Shown one piece after another: positions 8,629 to 17,254 of a stretch of 64,000 nucleotides of DNA (within the stretch, counting starts at the first letter, position 1; each line of letters begins with the position of its first letter). The notes beneath the pieces were generated by a model. The model made no database searches. It saw only the letters and a list, made by a program, of their open reading frames with translations, and was not told the DNA's origin. Where the stretch lies: contig OZ241917.1 of NCBI GenBank assembly GCA_965203805.1, forward strand, positions 1,664,001 to 1,728,000, given 5' to 3'. Position numbers and translations under genes: made by a program. The DNA is from Candidatus Latescibacterota bacterium (lineage in GTDB: Bacteria > Latescibacterota > UBA2968 > GCA-2709665).

Positions 8629-10083
8629 TCAAACCAGAGCCTTTCGTAGAAGCCTCACTCCCCGTAGAAGCGAGGGCTCTCCTGCTTCCGAGAATCCCAG
8701 CAACACGCCCTCAGGACCGGCTTCTGCTCGGTAGCTCGACAGCGGGAGTAGCTCAAGACCTTCCTTCGCCGCTCGCCTGCACACGTCCTCTGCTACCATC
8801 CCATTGCGCAGCCAACCTACCAGGTGCATGCCTGTCTCGTCTGGATCCACGTGCAGCAGCCCATCTAGCTTCTCCTCAACTGCCTTGATTAGTCGGCGCT
8901 GTCGCTGGGAGTAGACCCGTCTCATGCGGCGCAAGTGTCGTTGGAAATGTCCTTCCGTCAGGAAGCGCTCCACGACCGCTTGTTCGAGCACTGGAGGTGG
9001 CCCACCGACGATTTGTCGGGCGGCCCTGAAGGCCGGAGCCAGATCCCGTGGCACAACGAGGTATGCCATGCGCAGACCGGAGAACATCGATTTGCTGAAC
9101 GACCCGAGGTACATGACTCGCTGATTGGGATCAATTCCTTGTAGAGCTGCCAGGGGTGTCCCTGAGTAGCAGAACTCACTATCGTAGTCCTCCTCGAGGA
9201 TCCAGGCGTCGGCGGTTTTCGCCCACGCCAGCAGATCGGCACGACGCCGAAGCGGCATGGTCTTTCCCAGGGGGAACTGGTGCGTTGGTGTCACGTGGAC
9301 GAGCCTTGCCTGCGGGGCACGCTTGCGTCCGGCCTCTACACTCAACCCCTGATCATCTACCGCAACCGGCACGACTTGTGCACCCCAGCCAACGAAAGCC
9401 CTGTGCGCGCCAAAGTACCCAGGGTCCTCCACCCAGACCGAATCGTCGGGATCCAGCAGGACATTCGCAACAAGAGCAATGCCCTGCTGACTGCCGCTGA
9501 CGACGATGACCTGGTCAGGCGTGCATCGGACGCCCCGCGTAGTGCCGAGGTGCTCAGCGATCGCTTCCCTCAAGGGCTCGAATTCGGAGCGACCCAGGCC
9601 CCGAGTCCCGATCAATTGATCCCAGCATTGAACCAGAAGCCTGCGCCAAGCCCTGCTTGGAAACAGATCGGCAGGTGCTCCCATCCCGAAGGCGCGACCG
9701 CGAGACTCCCCAGGCAACTGGATTGGCTCCGGCCATCTCTTGGCAAGGTTGTGGATCGCACGACCCTGATTTGAAAGGTTTCGACGACCACGAGGCTTGT
9801 CCAGCTCGGCGGCGCCCGGCCCGAACGGGATACCGCTCGGCAATTCCGCCACGAAGGTGCCGACGCCCTGTTTGCCTTCCAGCAAACCCTCGAGAATAAG
9901 TTGCTCAAACGCCATGTGAACGGTGTTTCGCGACACACCGCGTGAAGCTGCGAGCGCTCTTGTCGAAGGCATTCGGGCCCCCACCCGAAACTGACCGGAC
10001 AGGATTGCGTCCCGAAGGCCATCATAGAGCTGCCTGGAGAGAGAACCCGCTGAGCGATCCAGGCTAAGAGGTGGCAATGTCAT
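8629..10083 (-). CDS. MocR/GabR/PdxR-family PLP-dependent GntR regulator
   Basis: N-terminal wHTH (PSTRALA...VSRNTV), aminotransferase-like domain EDPGY, TPTHQFP, EEDYDSEF, GSFSK...LRM. Confidence 0.95.
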   Translation of the reverse strand: MTLPPLSLDRSAGSLSRQLYDGLRDAILSGQFRVGARMPSTRALAASRGVSRNTVHMAFEQLILEGLLEGKQGVGTFVAELPSGIPFGPGAAELDKPRGRRNLSNQGRAIHNLAKRWPEPIQLPGESRGRAFGMGAPADLFPSRAWRRLLVQCWDQLIGTRGLGRSEFEPLREAIAEHLGTTRGVRCTPDQVIVVSGSQQGIALVANVLLDPDDSVWVEDPGYFGAHRAFVGWGAQVVPVAVDDQGLSVEAGRKRAPQARLVHVTPTHQFPLGKTMPLRRRADLLAWAKTADAWILEEDYDSEFCYSGTPLAALQGIDPNQRVMYLGSFSKSMFSGLRMAYLVVPRDLAPAFRAARQIVGGPPPVLEQAVVERFLTEGHFQRHLRRMRRVYSQRQRRLIKAVEEKLDGLLHVDPDETGMHLVGWLRNGMVAEDVCRRAAKEGLELLPLSSYRAEAGPEGVLLGFSEAGEPSLLRGVRLLRKALV

Positions 10084-10217
10084 CCTAAGTGTCCTTTAAA
10101 ATTTTACACAATTGGCACTTTTCAGAGACATCTCATCGGTGTATCATGGAGTTCAGAACCGTTCGATGCAAGAATCGAATGCCCAGACGCGTTTCCCATT
10201 TCACAGGAGAATGGACT

Positions 10218-11003
10218 ATGAACCGGGACACAGTCGTAATTGGCGAAGGGAAAACAAAGATCGTAAAGACGAATCCGAATGACCCAGCGACGGTCTTTCT
10301 CTACTTCAAAGACGACATCACAGCCGGAGATGGCGCAAAACACGATGTCTTTGAGGGTAAAGCTGTGCTGGACTGGGCGGTCAGTCGAGATTGTTTTGAG
10401 TTACTCTCGCGACGTGGACTGATCACGCACTATATAGACAGTCCCGAGGAGCGCGTCATGCTCGTCCGGAAGCTGGACCGTAAGCTCGAATTGGAGGTGG
10501 TCACTCGCCGAGTTGCGACGGGTTCGATTCTCAAGTGGGGTGACTACTCAGAGGGGGATCGATTCGACCCGGTGATCACGCAGTTCCACTACAAGGACGA
10601 TCCGCTTCATGATCCGATGCTGGACGACCGATACGTTGAGTTCATGATTCGGGACAAGGACGCGTGGGAATACGCCTCCATGCGTCAAGTGAATACCCAG
10701 GCGTTCCTGGTACTGGAGGCTGCGTTTGCGCAGTTCGGCGTGCAGCTCGTGGACATCAAGCTGGAGTACGGCATCATCGATGGAGAATTGTGCGTGATCG
10801 ACGAGATCTCGGGCGGCTCCTTCAGGCTGTGGCCTTTCAGATCAGATGCGCCCAACCTTGATTTGAGCAATGTGCTCTCCGAATTGGCGCCAGAGCAGCG
10901 GCTCGACAAAGATACATACCGCATGGGGGGCGCGCAAGATGAAGTCCTGTCCAGGTTCCGAGCGATTTCAGCGTTGACGTCGCGCTTCAAGGAGGTGGAG
11001 TAG
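10218..11003 (+). CDS. purC: SAICAR synthetase-family protein
   Basis: EGKTK, KDDITAGDG, EVVTRRVATGS, KDDPLHDP, VDIKLEYG, LDKD; AGGAG RBS before ATG 10218. Confidence 0.85.
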   Translation: MNRDTVVIGEGKTKIVKTNPNDPATVFLYFKDDITAGDGAKHDVFEGKAVLDWAVSRDCFELLSRRGLITHYIDSPEERVMLVRKLDRKLELEVVTRRVATGSILKWGDYSEGDRFDPVITQFHYKDDPLHDPMLDDRYVEFMIRDKDAWEYASMRQVNTQAFLVLEAAFAQFGVQLVDIKLEYGIIDGELCVIDEISGGSFRLWPFRSDAPNLDLSNVLSELAPEQRLDKDTYRMGGAQDEVLSRFRAISALTSRFKEVE

Positions 11004-11068
11004 GAGCGATGCCAAGGCGCAGTGGCGAACGCTAGTATGTCATGTATGAGATCGAGGATTTTCAGGTT

Positions 11069-11103
11069 GCGAAGCGACCGGAGCCAGCAACTGTGTGTTA
11101 AAT
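11069..11103 (-). repeat. attC-like remnant (one arm only)
   Basis: GCGAAGCGACCGGAGC...TGTGTTAAAT matches the corresponding arm of the site at 20243-20381. Confidence 0.6.
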
Positions 11104-11167
11104 GGAGTCGTGGCTGGGGCGGGCCTTTTGCACGTATATAGACCCCATCCCATTCACGGGAAGTTCG

Positions 11168-11785
11168 CTATCTCAATAGCTGGAGAATCTCGTCTGGACG
11201 ATCCCGCTTTCTGGCATAATCCAGCGGCGTTTCGATTTTGGCAGAAGGTAGGGCCTTATCTGCGCCGGCCTCAAGCAGAAGTTCGATAATCTCCTTGTCT
11301 GCATAAGAAGCCGCAAAGTGTAACGCTGTCTCGCCGTAAGTCCGTGGGGGATCGTCAGTGGAAGTTGGCGCATCCTCATGGCACCGCTGATTCACATCTG
11401 CTCCTGATTGAACAAAAAATCTGACGACCTCAAGATTGTTCACCTGAACCCCGCACTGCAGCCCAGTCAGCCCATTGACTGCAGAAGCAAGGTTGATATC
11501 TGCCCCTACGTCCAGGTAGAGTTGCAGATACTTCAATTGGCCACGCCCGGCAGAGAACATCAGCATGGTACCTTCGTCGAACTCATTATGATTGACATCG
11601 GTCCCATGGGTGAAGAGGTAACGCATAATTTCTTCATGTTCGGCCGTTTCCTGCATTGGAGGAATGACGGCAGCAGTAATACAAGAAGCCTCTGCGCCGC
11701 CCTCAACCAATTGGCGCATCCCATCGAGATCTACCTCTTTAACAGCCTGAATCAGTGCTTTATTTCGGTCAATCTGTTCAGCCAT
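11168..11785 (-). CDS. Ankyrin-repeat protein
   Basis: GLTGLQ..V, GETALHFAA...LLLEAGAD, ETPLDYA; AAGGAGG RBS before ATG 11785. Confidence 0.9.
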   Translation of the reverse strand: MAEQIDRNKALIQAVKEVDLDGMRQLVEGGAEASCITAAVIPPMQETAEHEEIMRYLFTHGTDVNHNEFDEGTMLMFSAGRGQLKYLQLYLDVGADINLASAVNGLTGLQCGVQVNNLEVVRFFVQSGADVNQRCHEDAPTSTDDPPRTYGETALHFAASYADKEIIELLLEAGADKALPSAKIETPLDYARKRDRPDEILQLLR

Positions 11786-11920
11786 AGTGCCTCCTTGTAT
11801 GAAGTATGTACGTCCTCGGTAATGACAACCTACTATCTCCAAGATATTTCTCTTTTGGAGCAGCCATACCGAGCTGCTTGTGGCAGTCTTACCAAGATCT
11901 GTTCGACATCTGCGAAGGGG

Positions 11921-12004
11921 TTAGAGTTCCCACAATTCAATATCGTATTCGAGCTCTCGAATCACGCTATTTATCTTGTGCCTCAACTTCGGATCGCTTT
12001 CTTT
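11921..12004 (-). pseudogene. C-terminal remnant of a gene cut by IS21
   Basis: Open frame KESDPKLRHKINSVIRELEYDIELWEL* abuts the IS21 end; short, so weakly supported. Confidence 0.35.
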
Positions 12005-12603
12005 TGTCAAAATCGGTTTTAAATTAGACAGAAACGACGGTTCAAAAATGGACACTTCCGTGTAAGTTCGCTGCAATACGCAGCGAAGCCCTGCCTGTGC
12101 TTATGGTAGGGATATCCACACATATCCCAAAAAGCACAGGAGGGCTCGTACCCATGATATTGAGGGAGATGTCCATGCAAATCAAGTATTTGAGTGAAGA
12201 CGGTGTTCCGAAGGCACGGATTGCCCGACAGTTGGGCGTCTCACGGCAGACGGTGTATAACCACCTGAACCGTGAGGAGGTGTTTCCCAAGGTGAGGGCG
12301 CCACCCGCCTCGAAGCTGGATGCGTATAAGGGCGTGATCCGGACGCGTCTGGAGCAGTTCGATTTGCCCGGGACGGTGCTGTTGCGGGAACTGCGTTTGC
12401 AAGGCTATACCGGCGGGATCACGATCCTGCGTGAGTTCATTCGCCCGCTGAAGGCGTCGTTGGTGCGTCGTGTGCCGGAACGCTTTGAGACGACGCCCGG
12501 GCGCCAGGCACAGATGGACTGGGGCGAGTGCGGCACGGTGCAAGTGGGTGATGGTCGCAAGAAGCAGTATGTGTTTGTGCTGGTGGGCTATTCGCGGACG
12601 ATG
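12005..12603 (+). mobile_element. IS21-family element, left end only
   Basis: Starts TGTCAAAA with tandem subterminal repeats CGGTTTTAAATTAGACA / CGGTTCAAAAATGGACA, followed by the 5' part of istA. Confidence 0.85.
12154..12603 (+). pseudogene. istA: IS21 transposase, truncated
   Basis: IARQLGVSRQTV HTH, SKLDAYK, GYTGG, RFETTPGRQAQMDWG, GYSR, then breaks off; no istB. Confidence 0.9.
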
Positions 12604-12921
12604 GATCAGCATGTTGTCTTCGGGAATAATGTGCCCCACGGGAATGTACCCGATGACGCGCACGTCCCGCGCATGGGCCTCGGCGATGGTCTCGGCGAGC
12701 AGGTCACGCTCACCTAATTGAGGGTGCGGGAGAAAGAACTCATTGGGGAAGACCGCCCATTTGCCCGCGCTGCCGAACCAAATGGCGTTGGCGTGGTATT
12801 TCCGCACGACATCGACGAGTTGCTTCGCGTCAAAGTCGATGTCGGGCCAGAAGGGCGGGTGGTATTGCTCTCTCTGAAAGGTGCGGGCCCGCCGTACCCA
12901 CTCGTGGCTTGGCTTGATCAT
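12601..12921 (-). pseudogene. N-terminal fragment of a glycoside hydrolase-like TIM-barrel protein (GHL6/alpha-fucosidase-like)
   Basis: FDAKQLVDVV..YHAN, G.WAVFP, HPQLGERDLLAETIAEAHARDVRVIGY; truncated at the istA junction. Confidence 0.7.
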
Positions 12922-13024
12922 AGCGATGACCTCCAAAATCTGTACCGTCTTTTTTTACATGCAGAGAACGGCCTCCCATGATTCACGGCCGCTCATTCAT
13001 GATCGAGAAGCCGAGAATTATCAG

Positions 13025-13074
13025 GCTGAACCCAGCCAGCAGCAGCCCAGGCTCGGCTGTCGCCGAAGTTATGC
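13025..13074 (-). repeat. Degenerate attC-like site (cassette 3' end)
   Basis: GTTATGCGCC at 13068 complements GGCGCATAAC at 13740-13749; the hairpin body is not recognisable. Confidence 0.5.
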
Positions 13075-13088
13075 GCCGGCATTGTCTT

Positions 13089-13694
13089 TCAGACGTTCTC
13101 TATCCCACGTTTCCGCAGGTACCCGACGATCTCTTCTCGTGTCTCAAGACCCTCGAATATGACAGCATTGTAGATGTGTCTTCCACTCGAATCGGGTGTT
13201 CTTCCCTCTGTCGTCAGGAGAGACTGCTTTATCTCGATGATCTTCCTTCTGTCGTTCTCGGTCATCCTCTCCTTAACTGTCGCCATCTGCGCTTTGTCCT
13301 GCTCCAGCAGTTCTGCCTTGGTCGACCAAAGGTCTACTTTCCAGGGAATCTGACGGTCAGGCCTGTCTACCCTCCAAGTCCAGTGGAGCCCCTCGGGCTG
13401 GCCATCTCGGGGAAAATGGGCACAGTCGTGGAAGCTCATTGTCAGGACCTTACCGAGTGAGGCGACTTGGCTTCCAAGCTCAAAAAACCTATCGATGGAC
13501 CAAGGGTCCGGTTCCATCACCATGTGGATGTCCAAGTCGGGCCATACCATCGTGTTCATTTCGTAGCTGCCCCGGTACCAAACATCTCCGAAAGAGTTTA
13601 GGACTTTACCAAGTCCGCACTCGGAGATCAGCTCATCCGCCTCTGCCTTGAGGTCTTCTGCTACCTCGAGCGGCTCAACTGGCACCGAGCACAT
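13089..13694 (-). CDS. Pol-beta-superfamily nucleotidyltransferase-like protein, cassette
   Basis: GSY....MVWPDLDI (GS-x-DxD) and WKVDLW third Asp; start placed after site 9. Confidence 0.7.
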   Translation of the reverse strand: MCSVPVEPLEVAEDLKAEADELISECGLGKVLNSFGDVWYRGSYEMNTMVWPDLDIHMVMEPDPWSIDRFFELGSQVASLGKVLTMSFHDCAHFPRDGQPEGLHWTWRVDRPDRQIPWKVDLWSTKAELLEQDKAQMATVKERMTENDRRKIIEIKQSLLTTEGRTPDSSGRHIYNAVIFEGLETREEIVGYLRKRGIENV

Positions 13695-13742
13695 CCCTTG
13701 AGTGTCTCCAAAGCAATGGGGTGATGACTGGATTCTGCTGGC

Positions 13743-13880
13743 GCATAACGTTTCAGGGTTGCAGACGCCTGCCGTCCCGAAGGGTTGGCGCGACGGCTGC
13801 GTAGGCAGACGGCGTGACAAGGCAGGTGTGCCGCAGGCCCGAGCGACCGAAGGGAACGATGCCGCAACCCGTTGTTACCT
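13743..13880 (-). repeat. attC-like site 9
   Basis: GCATAAC-GTTTC-AGGGTTGC...GCAACCC-G-T-T-GTTACCT. Confidence 0.85.
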
Positions 13881-13943
13881 GTTCGTTGCGACCGGGGTGG
13901 GGAGTGGCCATGCCAGGACGCCAAGGCCACCCACCGTTTCTCC

Positions 13944-14762
13944 CTACTCTTTGTCCGGCAGGAATCGGAAGAGATGGGTTTGCCATCTTGACAACGGACT
14001 TTCCTGCGTCTGTTCAAAGAAGGCGATTGAGGCGCGAGCATTGAGACTTTCAGATCTGTTCAGCGGATTGCAGAAGCTGTATTCAATGCCTCCATTCTCT
14101 TCCTCTCGCACATATGACTCCAAGCAGTCCATCAGATCGGATCGTTCAAGGTCGAACGGAACACAGTCAGTTGTCGCCAGAATCCCCTCGTGGTAGAACC
14201 CGGGCACATCGTGTTCGAGTCCGACAATCCTGGAATGTCCGTATTGGTATGAAATGCTAAGGAAAACAACACCACCACTCTTCAGGTAGTCCCTCGCTCC
14301 GCGCAGGATGACTCTTCGGAACTCGAAACCATCATCATCCTCACTGGAAGGTGGATTCGCCAAGACGAAAGAGACCTGTCCCTTCAATGAAATCAGCGTC
14401 TCCAGATCTTGGGCGGCGTAGGGAACGTAGGAGTCTGAATGGAAGAAGCCTGTCTTCTTTGCTGAATCATTCAGTTCCGCATTCTGTAATGCTGTCTTGA
14501 TGTTGGCCTCATCAATATCAAGACCAAGAACACGACTCACCGAAGGGATTCTTGCAGCAGCGATGCTAAGGCATCCTCCCCCACAGCCCCAATCGAGCCC
14601 AATGCCCGAGAGCAGGCCTTGGTGAGTCCCGATGGCCTCCAATGAGATCCTGCTTGCGGGAGTTATTGGGAAAGTGTCAGGGGGGCTCATCAGCCGCATA
14701 TCACCGAGACCAAAGGTGTCTGGGTCAGCAAGCGTAAGGTCGGGTACCTGGGTCTCTTCCAT
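13944..14762 (-). CDS. SAM-dependent methyltransferase (PrmC/RsmC-like NPP motif), cassette
   Basis: LDWGCGGG, GLDID, LANPPS; GGAGG RBS before MEETQ. Confidence 0.8.
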   Translation of the reverse strand: MEETQVPDLTLADPDTFGLGDMRLMSPPDTFPITPASRISLEAIGTHQGLLSGIGLDWGCGGGCLSIAAARIPSVSRVLGLDIDEANIKTALQNAELNDSAKKTGFFHSDSYVPYAAQDLETLISLKGQVSFVLANPPSSEDDDGFEFRRVILRGARDYLKSGGVVFLSISYQYGHSRIVGLEHDVPGFYHEGILATTDCVPFDLERSDLMDCLESYVREEENGGIEYSFCNPLNRSESLNARASIAFFEQTQESPLSRWQTHLFRFLPDKE

Positions 14763-14845
14763 TCTGCCTCCGTTGTTGTAGTGGTTAGTCAGTCCTCTCG
14801 TTTGGCGCCAAGACGGCGCCATCTTCCCAGGGAGGTCGCAATGAC

Positions 14846-14967
14846 AGGTAACGTTCTCGCCACTTGCGAACCCACCCCGCTCTGTGAGCGGGTTGCCGTC
14901 AGGCCAAGGAGCCCTTTGACAAGCTCAGGATAAACTCCGCGACGCAGCGCAAGTGGACGTGTTAGCA
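14846..14967 (-). repeat. attC-like site 10 (belongs to the RT cassette)
   Basis: AGGTAAC-GTTCT-CG-CCACTTGCG...CGCAAGTGG-A-CG-T-GTTAGCA. Confidence 0.85.
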
Positions 14968-14992
14968 GGCGTGCGCTTTTGGCTTCTGGAAA

Positions 14993-16561
14993 TCAAACTC
15001 GCATCGGATTCTGTCTCGCCCAATGCGTAATCGCGATTTCGATTGGGTCAAGTCGACTCTCAAGGGATTGGTACCAGTGTTTCCGCTCATCTGATGGCAA
15101 GCAACTACCGCCATAGAGCACCGCCCGCCTCTCCCAAGGGGAGAAATCAAACACGTTGCGTTTCCGTGTACGGAACCAAGAATCCTGGAGAGAACGTCCA
15201 AGACACAGAATTGCCTCCCTACTTGTGATGTGATCAGGCCACCTCGAGCATATAGACACGAACCGGTCCGCGTTGTTAAAGCCTGAATCCTGAGCAAAAA
15301 GAGAGAGCAACCACATTCTGTGGAACTCCAGGTGTGACACCAACGAGCTATCCAATGCCGTCAAGAGCTGTCGTCCCGCACTTGCCTTTTCGGCTCCCGT
15401 GAGTCCGTGCAATCCTCCAATGTATTGGACGACATGGCTGAATACGGGATATAGCTTCTCCAGGTTATCCATAACCACTTGAAGTGATTCGCGGTTGCCC
15501 AACTGAGAAAGTCTGCTAAGCAGAAAACGAGTTACTGGAATGTCAATTTCCTCTCCTTCAAGTTGCGCATCTAATAGACCGCCAAGATTCAGATTGGCGA
15601 TCTGCACCTTCTGTTCTTCTGTTAGGCCCTCCCAGGTTATCGGTTCATACAAGCTCTGGAGTCCAAGGTTGGCTGCTATTTGCTGAAAGCTTTGAGTAAG
15701 ACTGGTTATCTCCAACTCGCGATCACTGGACAAGTATCTGTGGTTGAAAACTTCCACTGGCAGAATTCTTGTTTTGTGCTGCTGCAAAGTCAAACCATGA
15801 TTCTCAAAAAGGACGTTCGCCAAAAATGCCAGTCTCTCATATGCCTCTCGCTTTGTGTTGCAGAAGATTCGAAAGTCGTCGCTGAATCGTACAAAAGTCC
15901 AACCTTCTGAGATCAGTGATCTGTCAACGTCATCGAGTGCAACCTCGGCAAGCAGTCTTGATGCCGATGGACCGACGGGAATGCCGTAGGAATAAGACTC
16001 CGACCAACCATTCAGGAGGTTATCTAAAGCGAACGCATGGTTCGTTTTGGTGGTTGCTGCGGTTAAGGCGTTTTTTATCCTGTGGTGATAGATTCTCGGA
16101 AAGAAATCCGCAATATCTGCAAGCACTACCCAGCTGTAATTGAGGGCTGCAAGCTCCTTACATTTCTTTAGGTAGGAGTGGTAACCGTAGTCTGAATCAA
16201 ACATGGTGCCGTCAGATTGGGGCAAAAACCGATAGGAATGAACGACGTCATCTGACTTGCTGACTCTCCGATTCTCAATGTCCACACCGACCTCGTAAAC
16301 GAGGGCTGTGAACACGAGGAAGTCCGCGGGATCTAGCTGTGTTGATATTCTAAACCCAAATTGGTGCTTGGGAGTAAGGCATCGTCTTGATGGACGCACG
16401 TCCCAATCCAGCACATCCTCGTCGGAGAGCCAACCAAGGATGTCGGATGAGCGGTCATCGATCGCACGAAATTCAAAGATCCCGGGGAAAATGTCGGTAT
16501 CCCCCTTGATGAGAGCCTGTTTAAGGGCCCAATTGAGGCTTTGCCTATTCAGCTTGAGCAT
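14993..16561 (-). CDS. Reverse transcriptase of the UG/Abi (defence-associated, DRT-like) type with helical C-terminus, cassette
   Basis: GDTDIFP N-terminus, PK...FR, DIADFFPRIYHH, GIPVGPSASRLLAE, catalytic RFSDD, L.LQQHKT, then ~250 aa predicted alpha-helical region. Confidence 0.9.
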   Translation of the reverse strand: MLKLNRQSLNWALKQALIKGDTDIFPGIFEFRAIDDRSSDILGWLSDEDVLDWDVRPSRRCLTPKHQFGFRISTQLDPADFLVFTALVYEVGVDIENRRVSKSDDVVHSYRFLPQSDGTMFDSDYGYHSYLKKCKELAALNYSWVVLADIADFFPRIYHHRIKNALTAATTKTNHAFALDNLLNGWSESYSYGIPVGPSASRLLAEVALDDVDRSLISEGWTFVRFSDDFRIFCNTKREAYERLAFLANVLFENHGLTLQQHKTRILPVEVFNHRYLSSDRELEITSLTQSFQQIAANLGLQSLYEPITWEGLTEEQKVQIANLNLGGLLDAQLEGEEIDIPVTRFLLSRLSQLGNRESLQVVMDNLEKLYPVFSHVVQYIGGLHGLTGAEKASAGRQLLTALDSSLVSHLEFHRMWLLSLFAQDSGFNNADRFVSICSRWPDHITSREAILCLGRSLQDSWFRTRKRNVFDFSPWERRAVLYGGSCLPSDERKHWYQSLESRLDPIEIAITHWARQNPMRV

Positions 16562-16608
16562 AACTGTTCCCTTCTTTCCATCAGGCTCTAAGAACTAGCG
16601 ACAAGCGT

Positions 16609-16638
16609 CTGCCTGCTAACTACCGTATTACCGGCAAT
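16609..16638 (-). other. Candidate attI/dif-like simple recombination site
   Basis: CTGCCTGCTAA-CTACCGTA-TTACCGGCAAT; left arm is the RT cassette 5' end, and no attC hairpin follows. Confidence 0.45.
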
Positions 16639-16683
16639 CTGCCAAGTGCGTGCTGGGAACTGCCACTTACCCAATCGGAATGA

Positions 16684-17094
16684 TCAGCTCCGCTTCGACA
16701 CATCAGGCTTCTCTTTGAGCTTATGGATACCGATCTGATTCCCGTCCGGGTCCTTGATCACGGCAATACTGCAGCGGGCTCCTTCGAAGGGTCCCAATTC
16801 AAACGATACGCCACAGCTTTCAATATGCGCGATGGCCTCTTCGAAATCCTCCACCTCCAACGAGAGTCCCGCGCTGAGCACGGCTGGCGGTTCGCCGTGA
16901 AACCAGGTCGTGGTCACCGCGAGCGTATCGTGGGGGCCGACAGCGTACTCGATGAAGCCGTCATCCCCATCGGGTCCGCGAGGAGGGTCAATGACCGTGG
17001 GTTCGGGCAGGCGCAGAACCGTCTCATAGAATTCACGCGCGCGCTTCAGACTCGTCACCGGATGGCCGACAAAAGCGAATCCTCTAATCTTCAC
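16684..17094 (-). CDS. VOC/glyoxalase-family protein
   Basis: PV..LKRAREFYETVL, LEVEDFEEA, KDPDGNQIGIH. Confidence 0.9.
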   Translation of the reverse strand: MKIRGFAFVGHPVTSLKRAREFYETVLRLPEPTVIDPPRGPDGDDGFIEYAVGPHDTLAVTTTWFHGEPPAVLSAGLSLEVEDFEEAIAHIESCGVSFELGPFEGARCSIAVIKDPDGNQIGIHKLKEKPDVSKRS

Positions 17095-17254
17095 GCAACG
17101 CTCCCTTTCAGTTGATTCCTTTTAATGCTCAGTTCCTTGCAGATGATCGAAAATTGTGGATCGCCAAATCTCCGCAGATCACCGAAAACCCATTGCCTGA
17201 TCCAATATTCGAAAAGGCTATCATACGGCGCGCTCTCAGTGGATTACGGTCCGC

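Noticed and set aside
11087-11103. Chromosomal dif site (TGTGTTAAAT resembles a XerD arm)
   Set aside because: No XerC arm at the right spacing; better explained as the end of an attC remnant.
12241-12936. Intact 231-aa and 206-aa overlapping genes
   Set aside because: Both are chimeric read-throughs across the istA/glycoside hydrolase deletion junction.
14993-16561. RT as group II intron, retron or DGR, or as the enzyme that creates cassettes
   Set aside because: No maturase/YADD context, no VTG motif, no space for msr-msd or intron RNA, no TR/VR pair; it is simply cargo, and nothing links it to cassette genesis.
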